This document shows positions 47,364-56,489 of a DNA stretch of 64,000 bases, piece after piece. Positions within the stretch are counted from its first letter, which is position 1. Every line of letters begins with the position of its first letter. A program made the position numbers and the translations under genes. The notes under the pieces were generated by a model, which saw nothing but the letters and a program-made list of their open reading frames with translations, did no database searches and was not told where the DNA came from. The stretch spans positions 1-64,000 of IMG/VR virus record IMGVR_UViG_3300045051_000720; one strand, 5' to 3'.

Positions 47364-48488
47364 TTATGCGGCGTAGGTTTTGCCTACGGTCCCAGCTGCG
47401 TGTGCAGAGGCGACTTCCTCGGGAGAGACAGCGACCCAATCAGGGTGATCCATTGTGGATGAAAGGATACGCGCAAGGCTATCACTACCCAACCCTACCA
47501 TCTCCTCAAAACGTCGCTTACCTTCGACCTCACATATCATCCCATCGGAGCGGCGTTTGATGTAGAAGACCGTTCCGGTACCTTTACGAGGACGCGCCAT
47601 AGCTTGTCTTCGGCGATCTTCGCGTTCGCGCTGAACGCGCGTTTCGTACTGCTCTATCAATCGGATGAGGTCCTGCCATTTAACCCACTTGCGTTCCATG
47701 CGAAAGGTACACCCCGAGTAGAGGTAGGCCATAACCTTCAAGATCTGTTGGTTGCCTAGTATCTTGAGGGTGTAATTGTTGTTCGCCCGCGTCTTGTGGC
47801 GTTTGACCAAGCGGTAGGTAATCCCACACACTCGTTTGAGGACTTCTCCATATCCCTCGCACAATTCGTGCGTACTAGTGATGGAGAACTCAGCGTTTCC
47901 AACAATACGGTCGTGGTCGGTACTGGGTTGAGCAATGTATAGACAACCATCACCCTCAAAATAGCCGAGGAGAAAGGAAGAAAGGTATTCGGGCGGGACC
48001 TGAGTAGAGGTAGGAAACTGGAGCGTGAACGTTTTGCGAGGAGTACAACCCAATGCGATGAGATCGGTGGCGAGTTGCTGACTAGTCATACGCAAAGTAC
48101 ATACGTCTTGCGCCGCCGCGGTGTTCCTATCTCGATAGGTGAAAGGATTAGTGCAACCCATTCGTTGGCGCAATATCTCCAAATAGTCCTTGTCTTGTTT
48201 TGCGAGAGATATCGTAGTGGTATGTTGACCGGCGTGACTGATATGCACGCAACCGTCTGCATATAAAAAGCCAAGAAGCTGCGCCTTATCATGAGAGTCA
48301 ATCCGCGCGAAATATGTTTCATCAAGCATGTACTGGCGTCGCGCCTCGGACGTAGATCTAGTCACTCCTGCCGACTTCAGTAGAGCAAACATACGATTGC
48401 GTGGTATTCCCGTCAGGCGAGCTAATACCTCCCCGTTCATATGGCGATGGACATAGAGGTCAATGATATCGGAGGTGCTGTATGACAT
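47364..48488 (-). mobile_element. free-standing double-motif LAGLIDADG homing endonuclease
   Basis: LLGFLYADGC and FLLGYFEGDGC motifs; ATG 48488 follows own promoter. Confidence 0.85.
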
Positions 48489-48495
48489 AGGGAGT

Positions 48496-48524
48496 AGTAT
48501 AATGACGTTGACCGAACTAGACAA
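48496..48524 (-). promoter_or_regulatory. sigma70-type promoter TTGTCT-17-TATACT
   Basis: 17-nt spacing; overlaps U tract of upstream terminator. Confidence 0.6.
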
Positions 48525-48551
48525 GAAAAGACGGCTCCGTGAAGAGCCGTC
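48523..48551 (-). terminator. rho-independent terminator after major tail gene
   Basis: GACGGCTC-TTCACG-GAGCCGTC stem plus UUUUCUU. Confidence 0.8.
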
Positions 48552-48560
48552 TAGTGAAAA

Positions 48561-49712
48561 TCAGAGAGTGGGTACTCTGCCGTATGTGCCGTTGAACACG
48601 ATTCCTCGTCCAGCATAGCCGGCGGTGATCCCCGCGAGTTGATTTGTGAATGTATACCGTACCGTCGAACTCTGACCGATAGATGAGGTATAATCGCGGC
48701 TGACAAACTTGGCCTGATTGAAATTAACCGTAATAGCCGAGGGACCAGTACGAGTGCAGCTGGGGTTATCAAGCGTTACGATGATGTTAATCGGATCGTC
48801 ACTGCAAAAGACCGACGCAAGATTATCTTCTGCAATATCCCCCTGCATCGCATCAACCGATAACGTACAATTGACTGGGAAACGAATCCTCTTTGCAATC
48901 GGGTACGGCGATCCCAGTTGATTGATATAGTCAAGTGCGATGGGTACCGACATCGTGACGCCCTGCACAATGAACTGGCCAATGCCCGACGTATAGTCAG
49001 TGAATCCACCCGTGCGTGGCATCCCAATTCGCACGTCTCCCGGCCTAAGGGCGGGTTGCACCGACGCGCCCGTATACCCCGACATCGTCGGTAGTGTCCA
49101 CAATGGGCCGACAACCTGAAGCGACGTGTTGGGATCGATGGCGGGCGACGCTTTGCCGGTCGAGCCATTATAGGCCTGCTGGTTGGTCCCCTCGATGGTC
49201 ACCGATGCACGCGGAATCTGCCCGACCTGAAGTGTCATCGTGTAGTTGGACACTACCCCGTTACCAATGCCGATGACATTGAGGTTGTTGGCACTGGAGG
49301 GACTCGAACCGATCAAGTCCACGCCCTCGGGCGCGACACCGAGGAAGTAGTTCTTTTCCGACTGCGTGCCATCAATCAGGCCCGAAACGAATGACTGCTG
49401 GCCAGATGCCGCGAAGCCGAGGAGGCTTTCGGCGTAGCCGTCGAGCAGGTAGTAGTCGAAGTTGAGCGTGGTGGTTGGCGGCGTGGTGATCAGTGTATCG
49501 ATGCGATCCAGCTGACCGTATTGATTCACATCTTCACGCGCGATGTTGGTTGCGATGCTGACCGACTGGACGCGCGGGATGAAGTTGAGCAGGTTCTGAC
49601 CTGACGTAGGCGCCGAAGCGCCCCCGGCGAACATGTAACCCGTTGCGGGAGAGGGAGAGACGGCGAGGCCGAGGACATTACTGATCTGGCGCACCACTTG
49701 TACGTTAGCCAT
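48561..49712 (-). CDS. major tail tube protein (paralogue 1)
   Basis: own late motif and terminator; IPRVQSVSI and LDYINQLGSPYPIAKRIRFPVNCTL segments. Confidence 0.65.
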   Translation of the reverse strand: MANVQVVRQISNVLGLAVSPSPATGYMFAGGASAPTSGQNLLNFIPRVQSVSIATNIAREDVNQYGQLDRIDTLITTPPTTTLNFDYYLLDGYAESLLGFAASGQQSFVSGLIDGTQSEKNYFLGVAPEGVDLIGSSPSSANNLNVIGIGNGVVSNYTMTLQVGQIPRASVTIEGTNQQAYNGSTGKASPAIDPNTSLQVVGPLWTLPTMSGYTGASVQPALRPGDVRIGMPRTGGFTDYTSGIGQFIVQGVTMSVPIALDYINQLGSPYPIAKRIRFPVNCTLSVDAMQGDIAEDNLASVFCSDDPINIIVTLDNPSCTRTGPSAITVNFNQAKFVSRDYTSSIGQSSTVRYTFTNQLAGITAGYAGRGIVFNGTYGRVPTL

Positions 49713-49770
49713 GGAGAGAGGGGGTTAGGAGGAAAGGGGGTGCTGTAAAGCGAGGGGGGTTGGTGCGTTG

Positions 49771-49778
49771 CTATACAC
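49771..49778 (-). promoter_or_regulatory. putative late promoter GTGTATAG
   Basis: recurrent motif. Confidence 0.7.
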
Positions 49779-49847
49779 CCGCCGCGACCGTCAGTTGTGA
49801 TTCAAACGCCGGTCGCTGGTAGTCATAGCGGTAGTGATAGGGCACGT

Positions 49848-50804
49848 CTACGTAATGATCACGTTGGACCCTATCGCCGCTTCAGCTGCAACCGTGGTCA
49901 GAGGAATCGAGAAACCCAACTCTACGCTCGTGTACGAGCCCACCTGAGTCCCGACCGTCTGCCGCTCCACATACGGCTGTACCAACGTGATCGTGGTCGG
50001 CTGTTCGTTGCCGCACGACGGCTGTAGGCTCAAAACGTAGGTACCTGACACCGGCAAGCCGCCATCATAGATGCTTAGCCCCGTCACGGTATTTGTCACC
50101 CCTTCCATGAATCCCACCAGCTGGAGGGTAGCAGTCCCCTCGGTAATGCGCCGTTCGGGGTACTTGGTACCAATGCGAAACGTCGCCGCGTGGTTGATGT
50201 TGAGACCAAAGTTGAACGACTGCACCGTCAATCCCGAGAAGCCGAGGCCGGTGAAGTTGATCCCTGTGAGGGTGATGTTCTCGCTCTTAATAACCTGACC
50301 CGAGTACTGCGGCGTTGTCTTGATGCCATTGTTCGCAGCTTGTTGTAGATCAAGGGCTTCCACACTAAACGACCCATCGACCACACCCCCAACTGAACCC
50401 CCCAGCGAGAATGACTTGAGCACGCCGGTCACGATGTTCCACTGGCCAGCGTAGTTGGTAGCGTTGATGGGGGCATTATAGATACGGAACGAACGCGCAC
50501 CCCAGTTGGTGACATCGGTGTTTTGACCGATCTGACAAAGCACGCCAGTTGTGTTGAGGAGGCCAAGGTTGCGTTCTACGTCCCGATTACCTTCGGTATA
50601 ATTGACGCTCAGGCTGACGGGGGTGTAATTGACGACATACCGCTCGTTGAGAGGCTTGAAACGCCCAATCACGCGCGTTTCCGTGCGCGGGATCTGGTAA
50701 GACACATCGACGTTGCTGACACGCTGGACGAGGGCATAGGCCTCGTTCGCCACGCCAGTTGACATCGCCAGTTCCGCGCCTTGGAAAAATAGTGTAGTAG
50801 CCAT
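49848..50804 (-). CDS. tail-tube-like protein (paralogue 2)
   Basis: VQRVSNVDVS and VQSFNFGLNI...IGTKYP segments. Confidence 0.55.
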   Translation of the reverse strand: MATTLFFQGAELAMSTGVANEAYALVQRVSNVDVSYQIPRTETRVIGRFKPLNERYVVNYTPVSLSVNYTEGNRDVERNLGLLNTTGVLCQIGQNTDVTNWGARSFRIYNAPINATNYAGQWNIVTGVLKSFSLGGSVGGVVDGSFSVEALDLQQAANNGIKTTPQYSGQVIKSENITLTGINFTGLGFSGLTVQSFNFGLNINHAATFRIGTKYPERRITEGTATLQLVGFMEGVTNTVTGLSIYDGGLPVSGTYVLSLQPSCGNEQPTTITLVQPYVERQTVGTQVGSYTSVELGFSIPLTTVAAEAAIGSNVIIT

Positions 50805-50822
50805 ACCTGAGACCGCGCCTAG

Positions 50823-50830
50823 CTATACAC
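50823..50830 (-). promoter_or_regulatory. putative late promoter GTGTATAG
   Basis: 18 nt upstream of ATG 50804. Confidence 0.7.
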
Positions 50831-50839
50831 CGCGCCGCG

Positions 50840-51709
50840 CTACGCGAACAGGTTGGGAGCCTGTCGGATGTAGCTCAGGTCCAAATCGATCATGCCCGCG
50901 AACTGGGTGGGGCTCAGTTTGAGCCGATCCGACACCTTGGCCGTGCGTACGTCCTCGATGTAAATCAGATTGCCAACCGTGCCGAATTGCGAGATATAGG
51001 TCTGGTAGTTGTAACCCGTCCCGCCTTTCACGTCACCCCACTCATCAACGGGGTCATTCGTGACGTTGAGCATTGGGATGTACTCGTAGCGCATATCACG
51101 GAACGTCGACAACAGTGTGTTGAGCTGGTAGCTGGACTCCGCCAGCACGGTCAGGGTGATGGTGTCGCGGGAGTTGACCAGCCCACCCAACTGGTAGGCC
51201 TCATTGCGCGACGAAAGGGTGTTTACGAACACGGCGGGCGTCGCCATGACATAGGGAGGAACCCCCGAGGTTGGCGTGCCGTTGTAGCGGGGGTTGATGA
51301 AGTACTTGCCTTGGGTCAGCAGCGCGTCTTGAGACTCGTTCGCAATGTAGGTGTTGACCTCCTTGAGAGAGTAGGTGCCTGTGAGAGTCAGGGTCGAGCC
51401 AAACGAGGCGGGTACCACGATGCGCCCATTGTCGTAGTCGAAGTGAACGCCACTCGCGCGCGTCAGAGGGTAGTTCGTGAAGGCGTCTCCGCTGGCGGCA
51501 TTGATGATATAAGCCCCGCTAATGCCACTGTCGTACACCCATTGTTTGAATGGCGCACTGTAACTCACCCACCCGGTGCCCAGCTGGGGGTCAGCAGTAG
51601 GGTATAGTCGCGTCGTGACTGTCTGGTAGGCCTGAAGCCCCTGACAGATGGAGTATTCGGCCCAGAGGAAGGTCGACGCGAGGAGGTTGTTGGAGTGAGA
51701 GGCTAACAC
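50840..51709 (-). CDS. putative tail completion/terminator protein
   Basis: position before tube genes; TPAVFVN...RDTITLTVLAE segment. Confidence 0.5.
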   Translation of the reverse strand: MLASHSNNLLASTFLWAEYSICQGLQAYQTVTTRLYPTADPQLGTGWVSYSAPFKQWVYDSGISGAYIINAASGDAFTNYPLTRASGVHFDYDNGRIVVPASFGSTLTLTGTYSLKEVNTYIANESQDALLTQGKYFINPRYNGTPTSGVPPYVMATPAVFVNTLSSRNEAYQLGGLVNSRDTITLTVLAESSYQLNTLLSTFRDMRYEYIPMLNVTNDPVDEWGDVKGGTGYNYQTYISQFGTVGNLIYIEDVRTAKVSDRLKLSPTQFAGMIDLDLSYIRQAPNLFA

Positions 51710-51718
51710 CGCCCTAGG

Positions 51719-51726
51719 CTATACAC
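51719..51726 (-). promoter_or_regulatory. putative late promoter GTGTATAG
   Basis: 9 nt upstream of GTG 51709. Confidence 0.7.
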
Positions 51727-51729
51727 CCC

Positions 51730-52398
51730 TCAGATGGTCCGACCATTGTCGGATCTGCCTACCACCCGCCGTAGGAAGTTGTTCAGGATGCGAGTGAGGT
51801 ACGAGGTTGGTCGGTACCTACCTGTTCTGAGTGTTCCCTCGATTTGAATGCCACCGCCGCTACGCGAAGACGGGCGACCATATACGTTGAGAAAGTGGGC
51901 GATGCCCGGTATCCCGGCTTCTATCCGCTTTACCCAGCTGATATCGCCTTCCAACCAGCTGTCTGGGAAGGGAGTCTCGTTGTAGATGGCTCCTTCGTCC
52001 GGAGCCACGACCTCGAAGACGTACTCCAGCCTGTCCTTGGACCGGCTCTTGTAGACCAGCTTCGGCCCCTCCTCATGGCGCGGGTCAAGGCGCTGAAGGA
52101 TCGGTGCTATCACCTGTTCGGGTGGCGCATCAAAGCCGATGAAAGAAGTTAGGTTGGCAGGGCTATCCCCCTCTGCATCACGAAACTTACCCTCTAGGGT
52201 CGCGCTGGTGTTGGAGGCGTTCACGCCACCGAGAATCTCTTTCGTCACCTCGTGCTCCATGAACTCGCGTTTCATCTCCGCCACTGCTGGCTCGAAATAC
52301 TGCTGACGCATGATCACCTCAGCCTCGCGCTTGAGCAGAGGGTCAGACGCCTCCAGTTCGACCATCAGCTGGCGGGGGTCTATGCTATACCCAGCCAT
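51730..52398 (-). CDS. putative neck protein
   Basis: position in head-tail joining cluster; WVKRIEAGIPG segment. Confidence 0.5.
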   Translation of the reverse strand: MAGYSIDPRQLMVELEASDPLLKREAEVIMRQQYFEPAVAEMKREFMEHEVTKEILGGVNASNTSATLEGKFRDAEGDSPANLTSFIGFDAPPEQVIAPILQRLDPRHEEGPKLVYKSRSKDRLEYVFEVVAPDEGAIYNETPFPDSWLEGDISWVKRIEAGIPGIAHFLNVYGRPSSRSGGGIQIEGTLRTGRYRPTSYLTRILNNFLRRVVGRSDNGRTI

Positions 52399-52865
52399 TA
52401 GTCCACCTTCTGCAATATATGCGTCCAGCGAGTCGGCGTCACCAACCCATGCGGTCGCGGCGTGGAGACCTGCTCGAAGTTGAAGCCGTCAAGGGTGACT
52501 TGCTTGGCCGTGGCCAACAGCGCGTTGCCTGTCGCGTCGACTTGTATCTTTACTACCCCAAACGACTCCCTGAGCTTGTTCTGCTGGTAATCCCGCCGCG
52601 TGCCGGGCTCGACATAATCCCACGGCTGCTTGTTCCCGTAGGTGATACAACCGCTGATGACGTAGGACTGGGGGGTCACTGCGGGGTTATCAGCTCCAAT
52701 CGCTGCCATCTGATCGTGCTGACCGAAGCGTGAGTAGGTCGGGGACGTGCTGATGGTCGTGCGCGCGGCCTCGATGTACACCGTCATCGGGCGTCGGAAC
52801 GCTTCGAACAGGCTGTACAGAGCATCGTCATACTCGCTCTTCTGTGCGGTGGTGAGAAGGGACAT
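52398..52865 (-). CDS. putative head closure/stopper protein
   Basis: 155 aa beta-rich, first gene of tail operon. Confidence 0.5.
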   Translation of the reverse strand: MSLLTTAQKSEYDDALYSLFEAFRRPMTVYIEAARTTISTSPTYSRFGQHDQMAAIGADNPAVTPQSYVISGCITYGNKQPWDYVEPGTRRDYQQNKLRESFGVVKIQVDATGNALLATAKQVTLDGFNFEQVSTPRPHGLVTPTRWTHILQKVD

Positions 52866-52877
52866 GGGGTCCCTATG

Positions 52878-52885
52878 CTATACAC
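52878..52885 (-). promoter_or_regulatory. putative late promoter GTGTATAG
   Basis: 12 nt upstream of ATG 52865. Confidence 0.7.
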
Positions 52886-52887
52886 CC

Positions 52888-53181
52888 CTAGGTGGCCTCG
52901 GCGAGGGCGATGAGGGTCATGCCGTGGCACCTCTGGCTACCACACCAACACCCTAACACCTGACCCCTCAGCTCGGGTAAGCGTCTCAGGATCTCCTCCC
53001 GCCGCGCCGCTGTGGCCTCGGGATGACCAAAATCGCGCCCGGTGCGCAGCCACTGATCATATCGGTCACAGACCTCGTCGCGCGTGCCATCAGGGCCGAT
53101 GACCCATGGGTTGCCCCATAGGGAAGGCCGACCGATGTAGGTGTCAAACGGTGCCCGTTTGCAGTGGACTATCCGGCTCAA
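52888..53181 (-). CDS. DUF4326-family protein
   Basis: YIGRPSLWGNPW...LRGQVLGCWC...CHG. Confidence 0.85.
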   Translation of the reverse strand: MSRIVHCKRAPFDTYIGRPSLWGNPWVIGPDGTRDEVCDRYDQWLRTGRDFGHPEATAARREEILRRLPELRGQVLGCWCGSQRCHGMTLIALAEAT

Positions 53182-53500
53182 TGGTCGTCTCCTTCAGCTC
53201 ACGCATGATGCGGTTCAGGTCCTCCATCCACATCGCGCGGCAACAGCCAAATGAGACGGGATGGAACGCCCTCCCCTCATCTGACTCCTCCTCGCGGTCC
53301 AGATAGCCAAACAGCTCTGCCGCCAACCGGCGGGCCTTGTCCCATTCCTCCAGCTTGGCCCCCACCAGCGCGGCGCTGTCATCTATGGACACACCTGCGC
53401 CCAAGGCCAATCCCATGATCTCCTTGGCGCGTTCGAGGTAGAGCGGATGCACCGCACCGCGCGCGGCTGTGGCGGCAATCTTGGCGTCGGCGGCGGTCAT
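53144..53500 (-). CDS. hypothetical protein
   Basis: ATGA overlap at 53497-53500. Confidence 0.55.
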   Translation of the reverse strand: MTAADAKIAATAARGAVHPLYLERAKEIMGLALGAGVSIDDSAALVGAKLEEWDKARRLAAELFGYLDREEESDEGRAFHPVSFGCCRAMWMEDLNRIMRELKETTIEPDSPLQTGTV

Positions 53501-53823
53501 CGTAAGACTAACCCCGTAGCCCCGAGAGGGGCATACTGTGTAAACGTGTGTTCGATCCAAAACCCCCACAAGGACGGCTGTTTTCCACTTCCGCATTCAA
53601 TCCACTGTCCCGGTCGTTCGACGGCGGGACGATAGACAGTGTAGGCGATGTAGGGATAGGTCACGTCTGTTATCCGCTCGCGCGTTTCTGGAGCCCACGA
53701 TGGAGAGTAGACATTACCAGCTTTAAACCCAAGCGCGATAGCTTCAAGCCCAAATATAAAACGGGCTTCCGCATCCCAGAAGCCACTGTTAAGCCGCCCG
53801 ATAAAACGTAGCAACCGTTTCAT
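53497..53823 (-). CDS. hypothetical protein
   Basis: 108 aa, ATGA overlaps. Confidence 0.55.
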   Translation of the reverse strand: MKRLLRFIGRLNSGFWDAEARFIFGLEAIALGFKAGNVYSPSWAPETRERITDVTYPYIAYTVYRPAVERPGQWIECGSGKQPSLWGFWIEHTFTQYAPLGATGLVLR

Positions 53824-54011
53824 GCTTTTCCCAACAGGTCATCAAACACCGGGTCCAATCCGCGCGCCTCGGGCTGAGTGTCCCAATCGCACTCCTCCAA
53901 CGCGCGAATCAAAGCGCGGTATATCGGTCTCCGCTTCTGCACGGGCAGGTCGGCCTCGACAATGGCCTTGACCACCTCGCGCGCTACGTCACTGCCCGCG
54001 GCCCACCCCAT
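53820..54011 (-). CDS. hypothetical protein
   Basis: MGW..GS..A.E...W pattern; TAATG overlap. Confidence 0.6.
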   Translation of the reverse strand: MGWAAGSDVAREVVKAIVEADLPVQKRRPIYRALIRALEECDWDTQPEARGLDPVFDDLLGKA

Positions 54012-54832
54012 TACTTCGCCCCCTTCTTGGCTACCTCATCGGCCTTCTTGATGAGCCCGACAAGCAGCCACGCGTCGATGGGTTGAACGCTATCAAACCC
54101 CGTCCACGTTGATGGGTCCCCTTGAATCCTCTCGTTCTGCCGGTCGGGAGTCAATTCCGCATTATGCTTCACCGCCCGCGCTTTGAGCGCCTCAAAGGCA
54201 ATCGGATGCTTACGTTTGGTACAGACCTCCTCAAGCCGTCGCCACGCATCGGCGCTGGCTGGTTGTGCAGACGGAGTATCCTCCTCCTCTTGCTTCAGGG
54301 CCTCGGCGTCAACCTCATCCTCGGAGAGAATGTTGATCTGAAGCGCGCGCTTGACGCACCGCGCGAACGAGCGATTCTCGGCGAAGGCCTCAAGGTATGG
54401 TAGCATCTGCTTGTCCATACTCCGGGTAGAGGCAGAGGCTACGCCAGACGCGATGACCGGGAGCCCATCGGTTTCGTAATTGCCTATCAGCTCAATCTCA
54501 CACACCACCGCGGCGCGCGAGTCGGATGTCTGGAGAGAGTGATACTGGATGGAGCGGTAACCCCTCACATTGAGGAGATAGTTGAACCCCGCCTGCCGGA
54601 TGCGCAGCCATTTCTCAGGAACCAGACTGAGATCGCACTCTCCAATCGGCTTGCCTTGCGTCTTGGCGACCTCCGGTTCCTTGGTGCGGATGACGAAGAG
54701 ATAGGGGGTGGTCAACGCGATGGCGAGCCAGTCAACCCGTCCTTCGGGGGTGAATTTGTAAGGGAAGCCGGGGATGAGACCGTCTTCGTCGCGCTTGAAG
54801 GAGGGGCGGGTGGACTTGGGAGAATCGCTCAT
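54011..54832 (-). CDS. Rad52/Erf-like single-strand annealing protein (putative)
   Basis: VVCEIELIG...IASGVASAS...AFAENRSFARCVKRALQINI topology. Confidence 0.45.
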   Translation of the reverse strand: MSDSPKSTRPSFKRDEDGLIPGFPYKFTPEGRVDWLAIALTTPYLFVIRTKEPEVAKTQGKPIGECDLSLVPEKWLRIRQAGFNYLLNVRGYRSIQYHSLQTSDSRAAVVCEIELIGNYETDGLPVIASGVASASTRSMDKQMLPYLEAFAENRSFARCVKRALQINILSEDEVDAEALKQEEEDTPSAQPASADAWRRLEEVCTKRKHPIAFEALKARAVKHNAELTPDRQNERIQGDPSTWTGFDSVQPIDAWLLVGLIKKADEVAKKGAK

Positions 54833-56484
54833 GGGTTCAGTCGGTTATAGAGAGTGACGAAAGCCTTGGCAACGACATCGGGGTCAACCCCGTTTCCGAG
54901 GAGTCGGAGTTCATCAACACGACTATCCACGGTCTCGCACAGCTTGGTGTAGTCCAGCCAATCGGGAGCCCCATCAGGGTCTCCACCCAGCGTGGGTTGA
55001 GCTGACCCGTTTTCAGGTTGCGTGGTCCCTCTATCTGGGCAGGCAGGTCGTTGGCTGTCTCCTTGTATGCTCGCCCCTGCTGCCCCTTCCAGTCGCGAGC
55101 TTGGGGTGTGTTCCACTGGTCGCTCACCTGCTTGCTCAGAGCCACATAGCCGTCTTGACTGTTGGTCTGCTGGCGTTCCTCCGCACGGGGCGTGGACCAT
55201 TTCAACTTGGCTGATGGTAGTTGACGTACCTCCGCATCCAGCTGGTTGATCCCCGGACGGTTTGAGTCTTGGTGACTGTATCCCCGAGGAGTCGGCCACT
55301 GTTGGTTGACTGCACTCGGTAGCATCAGATCCCCCTTGCTGCCCGATTGGTTCGGACCGCCCTTCTCGCCGTCTGTTGCTCGTGCTGTCGGCCACATCAC
55401 TTGACCCACTTGGGTCTCCAGATTGGGGAAGCGGTCCTTGTCCCAGACTGACTCGGGCGTTATCGTCGCTGCCATGACCGAGCACACTCGCGGCGTTGCC
55501 CACTGTTTGGCTTCCGCCTCTAGTATCTTGCCCCCGTTCAGATTGGGGCGACTCCCCGGATTCCCCGCCCTTGGCGTCGGCCACAAACCGTTTGTGCCGA
55601 TTGGCGATGCGGGTGTGGTTGTGGATGACTCGGGCTGGCTCCCACCACCATTGGTCGGGTCCGGGCGGGAGGGGGCGGCATAAACGAACGTCCCGAGGTG
55701 ATGGACCCATTCCCTCAGGTTGGAGCAACCCCCTTTGGTTCTCGCTTGGTCTAGCGCCGCTTGGTCTTTCGGCTCCATCACATCCATCACCTGAGGCGTT
55801 GGCCACTGCTTGTTCTCCACCATCCAAACCACCCGAGGTAGCACATCCTTCCTGACCTTGCCGTCCCTCCGTATCATGGAGGTCCCCAAGTCGCCCGTAT
55901 CCCGATAGTCTCTGGTGGTGGTGGGCCATTGCGAGGATGAAGACCCGCTTGCGCTGGTGGCTCGCGCCGATTTCAGCCGAACTGAATACTCCCGCCGTTG
56001 CTCGGTAACCCACTCGTTCCAGCTCTCGGAGGACATGGAGCAGAACGGGCGTTCCTGCGGGGTCTCGCCAACTTGCTCCAGCGAGCTTGGCACTGATGAT
56101 ACCCTCGACGTTTTCGAGGAACACGAGGTCTGGCTGGCACTCGGTGATGCCGCGCAGGATGTGGGGGAAGAGGTGTCGTGGGTCGTCGTCCCCCCCCCGC
56201 TTGCCCGCTGAGCTGAAGGGTTGACAAGGAAAGCCCCCAGAGAGGAGACCCACTCGGTCACGAAACGCTCCCCATGGGAAGGTCTTAACATCCGTCCAGA
56301 TAGGTGCTGTGTCCAAGAGTCCCGACTCCATTTTCGCGACCAGATTCGCACAGGCGAAGGCTTCGATCTCACTAACAGCGACCGCGCGCAAGCCTCGGAT
56401 GACTCGGCTGAGTCCAAGGTCAATGCCTCCGTAACCTGCGCAGAGGGAGATATGGTTGATAGGATGGGTTGGGGTAGAATCCAC
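54829..56484 (-). CDS. C5 DNA methyltransferase, catalytic (alpha) frame
   Basis: motif I SLCAGYGG, IV GGFPCQPFS, VI FLENV, VIII HQRKRVF, X LRLLGNGV; GTG at 56484. Confidence 0.88.
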   Translation of the reverse strand: MDSTPTHPINHISLCAGYGGIDLGLSRVIRGLRAVAVSEIEAFACANLVAKMESGLLDTAPIWTDVKTFPWGAFRDRVGLLSGGFPCQPFSSAGKRGGDDDPRHLFPHILRGITECQPDLVFLENVEGIISAKLAGASWRDPAGTPVLLHVLRELERVGYRATAGVFSSAEIGASHQRKRVFILAMAHHHQRLSGYGRLGDLHDTEGRQGQEGCATSGGLDGGEQAVANASGDGCDGAERPSGARPSENQRGLLQPEGMGPSPRDVRLCRPLPPGPDQWWWEPARVIHNHTRIANRHKRFVADAKGGESGESPQSERGQDTRGGSQTVGNAASVLGHGSDDNARVSLGQGPLPQSGDPSGSSDVADSTSNRRREGRSEPIGQQGGSDATECSQPTVADSSGIQSPRLKPSGDQPAGCGGTSTTISQVEMVHAPCGGTPADQQSRRLCGSEQAGERPVEHTPSSRLEGAAGASIQGDSQRPACPDRGTTQPENGSAQPTLGGDPDGAPDWLDYTKLCETVDSRVDELRLLGNGVDPDVVAKAFVTLYNRLNP

Positions 56485-56486
56485 AT
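54837..56486 (-). CDS. C5 DNA methyltransferase overlapping (beta) frame: W-x-T repeats plus motif IX
   Basis: 549-codon open frame; eight W[PASN]T[PTA] repeats; LNPRWVETLMGLPIGWT. Confidence 0.7.
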   Translation of the reverse strand: MWILPQPILSTISPSAQVTEALTLDSAESSEACARSLLVRSKPSPVRIWSRKWSRDSWTQHLSGRMLRPSHGERFVTEWVSSLGAFLVNPSAQRASGGGTTTHDTSSPTSCAASPSASQTSCSSKTSRVSSVPSSLEQVGETPQERPFCSMSSESWNEWVTEQRREYSVRLKSARATSASGSSSSQWPTTTRDYRDTGDLGTSMIRRDGKVRKDVLPRVVWMVENKQWPTPQVMDVMEPKDQAALDQARTKGGCSNLREWVHHLGTFVYAAPSRPDPTNGGGSQPESSTTTPASPIGTNGLWPTPRAGNPGSRPNLNGGKILEAEAKQWATPRVCSVMAATITPESVWDKDRFPNLETQVGQVMWPTARATDGEKGGPNQSGSKGDLMLPSAVNQQWPTPRGYSHQDSNRPGINQLDAEVRQLPSAKLKWSTPRAEERQQTNSQDGYVALSKQVSDQWNTPQARDWKGQQGRAYKETANDLPAQIEGPRNLKTGQLNPRWVETLMGLPIGWTTPSCARPWIVVLMNSDSSETGLTPMSLPRLSSLSITD

Positions 56487-56489
56487 TCG

